Below are positions 8,275 to 15,770 of a DNA stretch of 64,000 bases, one piece after another. A program made the translations under genes and the position numbers. Position 1 is the stretch's first letter. Each line of letters starts with the position of its first letter. The notes beneath the pieces were generated by a model that saw nothing but the letters and a program-made list of their open reading frames with translations, was not told where the DNA came from and made no database searches. Origin of the DNA: an uncultured Alphaproteobacteria bacterium (GTDB lineage: Bacteria; Pseudomonadota; Alphaproteobacteria; Rs-D84). The stretch covers positions 30,681 through 94,680 of the forward strand of contig CAMRWN010000003.1 in the NCBI GenBank assembly GCA_947054455.1. The letters are read 5' to 3'.

Positions 8275-8303
8275 ATTATAAATTATGTGCGCGGCAAAAA
8301 CAA
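8275..8303 (-). promoter_or_regulatory. Sigma70-type promoter driving element A
   Basis: Minus strand reads TTGTTT (8303-8298), a 17-nt spacer, then TATAAT (8280-8275). Confidence 0.55.
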
Positions 8304-8320
8304 GATTTATTCGCACACAT

Positions 8321-8346
8321 AAAAAATCCCCCCGTTTTGGGGGATT
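8321..8346 (-). terminator. Intrinsic terminator after the motB-like gene
   Basis: atccccc/gggggat hairpin flanked by A and T runs, so it could act in both directions. Confidence 0.7.
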
Positions 8347-8348
8347 TT

Positions 8349-9461
8349 TTATCGATTGGTCAGCTGCAGTTCTATGCGGCGATTTTTTTGCAGGCTGGCC
8401 GCGTCGCTGCCCAGTTCAACCGGGTGCATGTCGCCAAACCCGCTGGGGACAAGACGGCGTTTTGACACGCCCGCCGCGGCCAGTTCGTTTGCCACCGCCG
8501 TTGCACGCCGCAGCGACAGTTCCGTGTTGTTTCTGTAGCCGCGCGTTCCCGGGACGACCCGTTTTTTATCGGTATGTCCGTCGACACGTATAATCCAGTT
8601 TACGTCGGACGGAATCTTGTTTTCCAAATCCTTTATTACATTGGCAATCAGGCGCAGCTGTTTTTTACCCTCCGGCGACAGCGTGTACGAGCCGCTGGAG
8701 AACAAAATATCGCTGTTTACTATAAACCGGTCGCCGTCGGGCTGGATTGTCGTGCGATCCCCCAGTGCGTCCTTTATCGACTTGTAAAACGCCGATTGAT
8801 ACTGGGACACCTTGTTCAGTTCCGCTACCTTGTCCGCCAGCGCCTTGTTCAAACGCGACGACATTTCAACGTATCTTATTTCCTGGGCGTGGGATTTTTC
8901 CTCGGCTGCATCCAGCGCGGCCTGCAACGATGCCAGCTGGTCCGACAGGGCGGCCCGCTGCGCGTCCATTTGTTCCTGCAGTTGGCGGCGTTCCGCCTCC
9001 AGCTGGGTGGCCTGTTGCTTGTCCAGTGTTGCCTGGTTCAACTGCTGCGTCAAATCCGCAACCATTTGCTGCATGTCCTGGCCCTGGGTCTGCAGTTCCA
9101 GTACCTTGGCCTCGTATGCGGCGACCAAATCTTCGATGCTCAGGTCGATTTCGGTCAGTTCGTTGGTCAGTTCCGTGTTGTCGTTTTCCAGATTTTCCAG
9201 TTCCGCGCGCGCCAGAATCAGCAGACGTTTTGCCTCTTGCTCGTCGGCGGTCATCTGCTGGATTGTCTGGGTTTGTTCCGCATTGACCTGTTTCAGTTCA
9301 GCGATGGTTTTTGCACCGGTTTTTTTGTTAAATATGCTGGTTGTGGTCCACAGGAATACGAACACAATCAGCAGAAATATCAATATGATGACCAGATTGG
9401 AAAACAAATCCACAAAACCCGGCCATGTGTTTGTCTTTTCACGATAGCGTATATTAAGCAT
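8349..9461 (-). CDS. MotB/OmpA-like peptidoglycan-binding stator subunit with a long coiled-coil insert (370 aa)
   Basis: N-terminal TM segment with the conserved Asp (WPGFVDLFSNLVIILIF). A heptad-rich Q/E/L segment of about 200 aa follows. The C-terminal OmpA_C motif reads VDGHTDKK...NNTELSLRRATAVANEL...NRRIELQL. Confidence 0.8.
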   Translation of the reverse strand: MLNIRYREKTNTWPGFVDLFSNLVIILIFLLIVFVFLWTTTSIFNKKTGAKTIAELKQVNAEQTQTIQQMTADEQEAKRLLILARAELENLENDNTELTNELTEIDLSIEDLVAAYEAKVLELQTQGQDMQQMVADLTQQLNQATLDKQQATQLEAERRQLQEQMDAQRAALSDQLASLQAALDAAEEKSHAQEIRYVEMSSRLNKALADKVAELNKVSQYQSAFYKSIKDALGDRTTIQPDGDRFIVNSDILFSSGSYTLSPEGKKQLRLIANVIKDLENKIPSDVNWIIRVDGHTDKKRVVPGTRGYRNNTELSLRRATAVANELAAAGVSKRRLVPSGFGDMHPVELGSDAASLQKNRRIELQLTNR

Positions 9462-9487
9462 TTTTCTCTCCCTCTGTGGTGTTGTAA

Positions 9488-10192
9488 TCAGGGCCGTGCG
9501 CCGTCGGCGTGCCCGTCATTTTCAATGCGCGCCCGTGCGGCGGCATAATCTTCTATCTCGCGGACTATCGCATTCTGGGCCAGCTGCACCTGCAGCCCCA
9601 GAAACCCGATTGTCAGGCTGCCCGCCAGTCCCAGCAGCGAACTGGTGAATGCGGTCGCCATCCCGGCCAGCGGCTTTGACAGGCCCGCCTGCATCGCCAG
9701 CATAACTGTTTCATCGTCAAACTGCAGTCCGCCGATTAATTCCGCAAATCCGCCGACTGTCATAATCAGTCCCCAAAACGTCCCCAGCAGCCCCAGAAAA
9801 ACCAGGGTGTTTGTTATATAGCGCACGGATTCGCGTGAATCCTCGATACGGACCATTACCATGTCCAGCATTCCGTTCAGCGCCGCCGGATTTATCTGTG
9901 TGGGGCGCGCGCGCAGAATTATCGCCATCGGCCGCAGCAGGCGCGGGGGCAGGGCGATGTTCTTTCTGCCGCTTTTGTAATCGCGAATCCATTTGTATTC
10001 GGGCAGCAGGCGAAAAATCTCTGCAAAGCACAGGCCGATGCCGAACAGTGTGGTGCCGATAATGATTCCGTTAAGATAGATGTTTGAAGTGGCAATTTCC
10101 ATAAACGGGTGGAAAAACAACACAATCCCGGCCGCCAGCAATGCGGTAAAAAGTGCCATTCTGTTAAGATTTCTGTGGAACAGGTTGGTCAT
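9488..10192 (-). CDS. MotA/TolQ/ExbB-family proton-channel subunit (234 aa)
   Basis: TM helices with FLGLLGTFWGLI and GMATAFTSSLLGLAGSL, both typical of the family. It lies immediately upstream of the MotB-like gene. Confidence 0.8.
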   Translation of the reverse strand: MTNLFHRNLNRMALFTALLAAGIVLFFHPFMEIATSNIYLNGIIIGTTLFGIGLCFAEIFRLLPEYKWIRDYKSGRKNIALPPRLLRPMAIILRARPTQINPAALNGMLDMVMVRIEDSRESVRYITNTLVFLGLLGTFWGLIMTVGGFAELIGGLQFDDETVMLAMQAGLSKPLAGMATAFTSSLLGLAGSLTIGFLGLQVQLAQNAIVREIEDYAAARARIENDGHADGARP

Positions 10193-10370
10193 GTAATCTC
10201 TCTTGTTATAATTATGATAGTAAAATTGCGCCGATTAAGTCAATAAAGATATTTAGGAAAAACGCCGCGTTATTTGGCGTTATATGTAGTTGTTTCCGGC
10301 ATGTGAGATAGAATTTTTGGCGATGGTTTTGATTCTGTCGCGGTTGATTTGTTTTTTTTGTTTGTTGCGC

Positions 10371-11120
10371 TTATTTTGTATCAAGGTCAGATTGTTTAGG
10401 GATTTTATTTACGGTGATATTGCCGGTAATACCAACAGCGGTGCCGACACTTGTAAGAGTAGCGCCAGTTGTCAGTTTCTTTTTAGATGTGTCCTTTTGT
10501 TCCTGCCATTGTTTGGCATCTTGGCTTGTTTCATCCATCAGGGCGCGTGCAATAGATGCATAATTGCCACCTGTTTTTCCGGTTCCCACGTCGTCGTACA
10601 GACCGGTTGCGGCCTTGTCTATCACTATTTCTGATTCTATGCCCGGGCGCAGTCCCAATGCTTCCTTGCGTATTTTCAGATTGTTGGCCAGCGCGGCGTA
10701 TTCCGTATACAGTGCGACCATGTCGTTGCCGCCTGGTGTTTGTATGTTTTTCTCGCCGTTGTTAAAGGTCTGACCGTCGTTGTATCTGCATTTTATCGTT
10801 TGCAGGTATGCCTGCATATCCTGTTCGGCGTCCGCGTCGGCACGTTGTTCCGCTGCGCTTGATGCCAACATCATACCGCCGATACCGCTGGTTCCGATTG
10901 TTGTTGCGGCCAATATTTTGTTTGATGATGATTGTTCTCGTTTTTTGGCAGCAATGTATTTTTCATACAAATTATCCGTATGTGAGTATAAGTCTACGAC
11001 TTCTATTCCCAGCGTTCGTTTATAAAGCGATGTATACGGGTTGTCTGGCAACGCCGCTTCCAAACCGTATGCCGCATACGGAATTAACAAAAACAACAAA
11101 AAAAGCTTATTTGATATCAT
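10371..11120 (-). CDS. Secreted protein of unknown function (249 aa)
   Basis: Signal peptide MISNKLFLLFLLIPYAAYG. Contains G/T/S-rich hydrophobic stretches. It overlaps the upstream gene by 14 nt. Confidence 0.6.
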   Translation of the reverse strand: MISNKLFLLFLLIPYAAYGLEAALPDNPYTSLYKRTLGIEVVDLYSHTDNLYEKYIAAKKREQSSSNKILAATTIGTSGIGGMMLASSAAEQRADADAEQDMQAYLQTIKCRYNDGQTFNNGEKNIQTPGGNDMVALYTEYAALANNLKIRKEALGLRPGIESEIVIDKAATGLYDDVGTGKTGGNYASIARALMDETSQDAKQWQEQKDTSKKKLTTGATLTSVGTAVGITGNITVNKIPKQSDLDTK

Positions 11121-11961
11121 TGGATTGTGATTTGCTGTTTATGTACTCATAATTATAACCAATTACAAAGCCTGTAGGGAAATTGCCGGGATATTTCTCT
11201 TCTATAATTTTTCTTTTTTTGACATCTCGCTTATAGTTCCGTAACTCTTTTTTTGACATAGTCCCAAACTTTGCGGTATATGCACGCTCTTGTTCACGAT
11301 ACTGGGCCCATTCATCGTATGGAAACTGGATGGAATCAATATCTAAAATAATTTCAGTGGTGGTATTGTTTGTGTCGCTAAAACTGTCATTGGACAAATA
11401 TATAGAAAAAGTTTGAGTTACATTGCGGTCTGCGTCATCTTCCTGTACAAAAATTTCTTGCTGGGTACCATAATCTGTTATATCAATGTAAAACTCTTCA
11501 TGTTTGTCAGGATACGGACATATTTGCCATATGTCCTTTTGACATTCCGGCAAATCCAGGCGACCGTTATCCAATTGATAAAAGTCATGTTCTGTTGTAC
11601 TGTTAGATTTTATCTGGCGGCCGGTTTTTTGACTGCGTTCTTTTAATTTATTTATAAAGTATTCTTTGTACCAGTCAAACGATGCGCGGGCCAGATAATT
11701 ACGATAGGCAATTAATTTTTCATTATTGGATTTGTTCGTATTTTGCTCAACCAATTCTGGATTTATTGCTAACATTTTGTTTTCTATATTTTTTAACTCA
11801 TCTTGTATAATTGTACTTTGCGCACCGGCATAAGATATAAGTTGCTTTGCTTCGCTCAGATCATATTCTTTTTTGTCGGATTGGGAGGCGTGTGAGTATG
11901 ACGCCAGGCAGCCCATAGATAAAATCACAATAAACAACTTCCTCATTTCGCTCACCATCAA
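11107..11961 (-). CDS. Secreted protein of unknown function (AT-rich gene)
   Basis: Signal peptide MRKLFIVILSMGCLASYSHA. The likely true start is the ATG at 11946 (SD ggtgag), whereas the ORF track starts at the TTG at 11961. Confidence 0.6.
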   Translation of the reverse strand: MMVSEMRKLFIVILSMGCLASYSHASQSDKKEYDLSEAKQLISYAGAQSTIIQDELKNIENKMLAINPELVEQNTNKSNNEKLIAYRNYLARASFDWYKEYFINKLKERSQKTGRQIKSNSTTEHDFYQLDNGRLDLPECQKDIWQICPYPDKHEEFYIDITDYGTQQEIFVQEDDADRNVTQTFSIYLSNDSFSDTNNTTTEIILDIDSIQFPYDEWAQYREQERAYTAKFGTMSKKELRNYKRDVKKRKIIEEKYPGNFPTGFVIGYNYEYINSKSQSNDIK

Positions 11962-11971
11962 TCGGACTTAA

Positions 11972-12134
11972 CAAAAAACCACCACAAATTTCAGGTGGTC
12001 AGGAGTTTTTTTCCGTCGCAATATCAAAAGCAGCACTAAATAGCGCATATTCAATTAAATTTCGACGCGTAGCGGAAGGGGCTTGAACACCACCGCGACA
12101 TGTCAATTATAGCATTGAGGTGTCCACTGTGCAA
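11972..12134 (-). promoter_or_regulatory. Promoter, ~125-nt RNA and terminator unit (element B) directly upstream of 11107-11961
   Basis: Minus strand reads TTGCAC (12134-12129), a 17-nt spacer, then TATAAT (12111-12106). The terminator GACCACC-loop-GGUGGU-U6 (12000-11972) ends about 12-27 nt before the start codon. Confidence 0.45.
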
Positions 12135-12251
12135 GTATTCAAATTCTTTGCTCATATAAAAATACTTGCTTTTATTAAAAAAATAGACATAATTATGTCT
12201 GTTCCTGCTAATAACATGGTGTTATTGGCTATATAAACCAAAGGAAATAAA

Positions 12252-12590
12252 ATGGCTTATTATGAAAGCGTCTTGGTTTTTCGCCAGGACCTGACCGAAC
12301 CGCAGGTTAAGGAAAAAGCGGCTAAATTCACTGAAATCATCAAGGAACTGGGTGGCGAGGTAAAATCCACAGAATTCTGGGGATTGAAAAACTTGGCTTA
12401 CATCATTCGTAAAAACCGTAAGGCGCATTACGTCATGTTGAATATCGAATTGCCGGGCAACCAGATTACAGAACTGGAACGCCGCAGCCGCATTGACGAA
12501 GACGTTATCCGTTTTCTGAATGTACGTGTTGATGAATTGGCGACCCAGCCGTCCATCATGATGAAAAAGAACAGCGAGGAGGCAGAATAA
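12252..12590 (+). CDS. rpsF: 30S ribosomal protein S6
   Basis: [22 protein letters not shown]...HYVMLNIE matches S6, and the gene sits in the conserved rpsF-rpsR-rplI order. Confidence 0.93.
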   Translation: MAYYESVLVFRQDLTEPQVKEKAAKFTEIIKELGGEVKSTEFWGLKNLAYIIRKNRKAHYVMLNIELPGNQITELERRSRIDEDVIRFLNVRVDELATQPSIMMKKNSEEAE

Positions 12591-12817
12591 TGGCAGTCCG
12601 TGCAGCAATTTATCGTAAAAAGTCCAACCCGTTGAAGGGCAAGGTCATTGATTACAAAGATATAAAGACATTGTCTCATTATATCACGGAACGCGGCAAA
12701 ATCGTTCCGTCCCGTATCAGTGGCGTTTCCCAGAAAGACCAGCGTGCATTGGCGACCGCAATCAAGCGTGCGCGTCATTTGGGCCTGATGCCTTTCGTTC
12801 GCAACAACCTGGGCTAG
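12590..12817 (+). CDS. rpsR: 30S ribosomal protein S18
   Basis: [50 protein letters not shown] matches S18. The start overlaps the rpsF stop by 1 nt. Confidence 0.93.
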   Translation: MAVRAAIYRKKSNPLKGKVIDYKDIKTLSHYITERGKIVPSRISGVSQKDQRALATAIKRARHLGLMPFVRNNLG

Positions 12818-12865
12818 AATTAAATTTGGGATTCGTCCCTAACTTATGAACTAAGGACAGATAAA

Positions 12866-13447
12866 ATGAAAGTTATTTTGACAGAAAAAATCAACAAGCT
12901 GGGCAACATTGGCGACACGGTTGAGGTAAAGACCGGTTTCGCGCGCAACTATCTGTTGCCGAATTCCAAGGCTATGCGCTGGACACGTGAAAACGTTGCG
13001 CTGTTCGAAGCGAAAAAGGCGGAACTGGTTGCGCGTCAGGAAGCGGCCAAGAAATCGGCGGAAAAGAATGTCGATGCGGTCAAGAACGCGAAACTGCACA
13101 TGATTCGCCAGGCGGGCGACACGGGCCAGCTGTATGGTTCCGTATCCACACGCGATATCGCGCGCATGCTGAAAGAAGTTGCGAATATCGCGGTTGATTC
13201 CGCACAGGTCATGCTGGGCAGCCCGATTAAGTCCATCGGTGCGTTTGATACAAAAATCGCGTTGCATCCGGACGTCATTGTTCCGGTAAAGGTTTTTGTC
13301 GCGCAGACCCAGGACGAAATTGAAGCGTTGGTTGCGGGCAAGGTTCTGACATTCGGCACCAAAAAGGTCGAAGAAGAAGTCGAAGAACCGGTCGCGGCGG
13401 AAAAATCTGAAGAGAAATCCGAAGAAAAGGCCGCTGACGCGGAATAA
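12866..13447 (+). CDS. rplI: 50S ribosomal protein L9 with an acidic/Lys-rich C-terminal extension
   Basis: MKVILTEKINKLGNIGDTVEVKTGFARNYLLP matches L9. The tail reads KKVEEEVEEPVAAEKSEEKSEEKAADAE. Confidence 0.92.
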   Translation: MKVILTEKINKLGNIGDTVEVKTGFARNYLLPNSKAMRWTRENVALFEAKKAELVARQEAAKKSAEKNVDAVKNAKLHMIRQAGDTGQLYGSVSTRDIARMLKEVANIAVDSAQVMLGSPIKSIGAFDTKIALHPDVIVPVKVFVAQTQDEIEALVAGKVLTFGTKKVEEEVEEPVAAEKSEEKSEEKAADAE

Positions 13448-13469
13448 TCATCCGTTTTTCGGTATAAAA

Positions 13470-13496
13470 ATCCCTGCAATTGCGGGGATTTTTTTA
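13470..13496 (+). terminator. Intrinsic terminator after rplI
   Basis: atccctgc-aatt-gcggggat hairpin followed by a T7 run. Confidence 0.75.
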
Positions 13497-13533
13497 TAAA
13501 CTTTTGCAATATTGGTGGTTATAATAACAACAA

Positions 13534-14187
13534 ATGAAACTGGAATCCGATGGTATTTTGATAGGTCTGCGGCCGCTGGGCGAGCGCGATTCGATTGCGC
13601 TGGTGTTCACACGCGAATTTGGACTGATGCGCGGTGTGATGCGCGCCGCGCAAATAGCCAAAAAAAACCGACCGCTGGTGGGGCAGGTCGGCGCGGCGGC
13701 ATGGAATGCGCGTCTGGATTCGCAGCTTGGGGCCTTTCACTGGGAGGCGGAAAAAAACCTGGCCGCGCCGTTGATGATGGATCGTGCAAGACTGGGGATT
13801 ATGAATTCCGCCTTTGCACTGATTGGCGCAATGCTGCCGGAACGCGAATGCTATCGGATGCTGTATTCGCAGACGCATGAAATGCTGCGGGCGGTCGGCA
13901 CCGGCGGCGGCGCGGCGGCATATCTGGCGTGGGAGATAAATTTGCTGCGCGAATTGGGATATGCGCTGGATTTGTCGCGTTGTTCGGGATGCGGGGCGAC
14001 GACGGATTTGTGTTATTTGTCGCCGCGAACCGGGCGTGCGGTTTGCCGCGAATGCGGGGCGCCGTATTCCGACCGATTATACCATATGCCCGTCGGATTG
14101 GATACGACAATGCATTTTGTCGCCAACGCATGCGCACAGCAGGGTATTGATATACCCGCGGCCAGAAAGTATCTGGCGGGTTTATAA
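13534..14187 (+). CDS. recO: DNA repair protein RecO
   Basis: N-terminal OB-fold sequence (GILIGLRPLGERDSIALVFTREFGL) and a Cys4 zinc motif (CSGCG...CRECG). Confidence 0.85.
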   Translation: MKLESDGILIGLRPLGERDSIALVFTREFGLMRGVMRAAQIAKKNRPLVGQVGAAAWNARLDSQLGAFHWEAEKNLAAPLMMDRARLGIMNSAFALIGAMLPERECYRMLYSQTHEMLRAVGTGGGAAAYLAWEINLLRELGYALDLSRCSGCGATTDLCYLSPRTGRAVCRECGAPYSDRLYHMPVGLDTTMHFVANACAQQGIDIPAARKYLAGL

Positions 14188-14270
14188 AAACCAGAATACG
14201 TACATATTTATTCCTTGCGATTTTTTCAGAATTTGCTATTGTTGATGCGTTCAACAGAAAGGAGAAAACT

Positions 14271-15092
14271 ATGACTTGGACAATACTTGTTCTGGTGCTG
14301 GCGATTGCTCTGTATTTGTTCGGCGGCATGCTGCTGCAGAATAACGGCAAGAAACCATCAACAGCTGTTAGCATGGGTAAAAAATCAATTCAATTGATTT
14401 CGATTTTATTGGTCGCGGGCTGTGTATGCCGCCTGTTTGTACCGTATTATCTGACATCGGTAAAGCCTGAAATCGTTCAGGAAATGGTCGAAGGTGTTCA
14501 GAGAAAACAAAACGAGGAAAAGAACAAGGTCATTCGCAGCTATGTTCGTTCCAAGGTTGACACGATGATTGCCGATGCCCCGATTATGGGCGCCCAGGAC
14601 GCTAAAAAGACGATTTTTGTATGGACGGACTTTTCCTGCCCGTATTGCCGTCGCGTACATGGCGAACTGGAACGTGTATTGGATGCGCGCAATGACGTTC
14701 GCGTTGTTGTAAAGAACTTTTCTATCCATGGCCCGTTGTCGGATGCGCCGGCCAAGGCCGTTATTGCCGCAAAACTGCAGAGTCCTGAAAAAGCGGGCGA
14801 ATTGGTCAAAATGCTGATGAACCGCAATTATTATTCCCAGGATGATTTGCAGGACCAGGCAAAAATCGGCGAAAAGATTGAAAAGAATGTCATGAAAATG
14901 GCACAGGAAGCCGGTTTGGATACCGCGCAATTGAAGAAGGACATGAACGGCGAAGTTGTCGCACGTGAAATGGCCAATGTTCGTGATTTGGCCCAGCGCT
15001 TTGAAATCAGTGGTACACCGTTCCTGATTATCGGTGAACAGGCGTTCCCGGGTGCGATTCCGTATTCCCAGATTATCAAAGCGTTGAACTAA
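14271..15092 (+). CDS. Membrane-anchored DsbA-family thiol:disulfide oxidoreductase
   Basis: N-terminal TM segment. The thioredoxin-fold active site is WTDFSCPYCRRVH, and the C-terminus carries GTPFLIIGEQAFPGAIPY. Confidence 0.8.
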   Translation: MTWTILVLVLAIALYLFGGMLLQNNGKKPSTAVSMGKKSIQLISILLVAGCVCRLFVPYYLTSVKPEIVQEMVEGVQRKQNEEKNKVIRSYVRSKVDTMIADAPIMGAQDAKKTIFVWTDFSCPYCRRVHGELERVLDARNDVRVVVKNFSIHGPLSDAPAKAVIAAKLQSPEKAGELVKMLMNRNYYSQDDLQDQAKIGEKIEKNVMKMAQEAGLDTAQLKKDMNGEVVAREMANVRDLAQRFEISGTPFLIIGEQAFPGAIPYSQIIKALN

Positions 15093-15108
15093 CCTTTGCA
15101 ATAAAAAA

Positions 15109-15133
15109 ATCCCGCAATTGCGGGATTTTTTTT
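15109..15133 (+). terminator. Intrinsic terminator
   Basis: atcccgcaattgcgggat palindromic hairpin followed by a T8 run. Confidence 0.8.
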
Positions 15134-15202
15134 ATCAAAAGCGTCCTATGGTTTTGCAGGTTCGGGCGGCGTATAATATTGTTGCCCAAGGAGGAATGCG
15201 CC

Positions 15203-15523
15203 ATGCCTTTTTTTGGTGATGTAAAAACCGTATATACGCCGGTGAAAAAGCTGAGCCAGCCCGAGATATTGCGTGCGATTCAATTCGCCATTGCATCGGA
15301 ATACGAAACAATACAGGTATATCAGCAAATTATGGAAAGCACGGACAATGACATGGTAAAAACCGTGTTGGCGGATTTGACGAATGATGAAATGCATCAT
15401 GCGGGGGCGTTGCTAAAGCTGCTGTATATTTTATCGCCACAGGATGCGGCGCAATATGAAATCGGGGCCCAGAAAGTGTTGCAGGATTTGGGAATAGGGG
15501 GGATGCGCGAACTGCCGGAATAG
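15203..15523 (+). CDS. Small ferritin-like protein resembling encapsulated ferritin (EncFtn)
   Basis: The ATG at 15203 is preceded by aaggagg, whereas the track ORF starts at the TTG at 15179. The pattern EILRAIQFAIASEYETIQVYQQ...DMVKTVLADLTNDEMHHAGALLKLL resembles EncFtn (E..AI..Y.Q ... VL....EE.EH). The C-terminus reads DLGIGGMRELPE. Confidence 0.5.
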   Translation: MPFFGDVKTVYTPVKKLSQPEILRAIQFAIASEYETIQVYQQIMESTDNDMVKTVLADLTNDEMHHAGALLKLLYILSPQDAAQYEIGAQKVLQDLGIGGMRELPE

Positions 15524-15559
15524 AGCTAAAAAACACAGGAAGCGATTCCTATATTAATA

Positions 15560-15770
15560 TTGATTTTGGAAATTTGATGATATATAATGATGGCGACGTC
15601 AATGATATTTGACGTTGGGGCGTAAGAACCTCTTAATTCAGAGCGTGCCTGAGCACGAAAAATCTCTAACTATTCTGGTTGGAGGGCGGCGATATATCTG
15701 AATAAGCCCGCTATTTCTCTGAATTATAGTTCTTAACCTCCAACCACCTTTGTTTGTGGTTGATTTTTTT
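15560..15770 (+). promoter_or_regulatory. Promoter, ~175-nt structured RNA and terminator unit (element C1). Candidate sRNA or attenuator.
   Basis: TTGATT (15560-15565), 17-nt spacer, TATAAT (15583-15588). A 17-bp interrupted helix joins 15623-15643 to 15717-15735. GGUUGGAGG (15677-85) can pair with CCUCCAACC (15737-45), which overlaps the terminator CAACCAC-loop-GUGGUUG-U7 (15741-15770). Confidence 0.5.
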
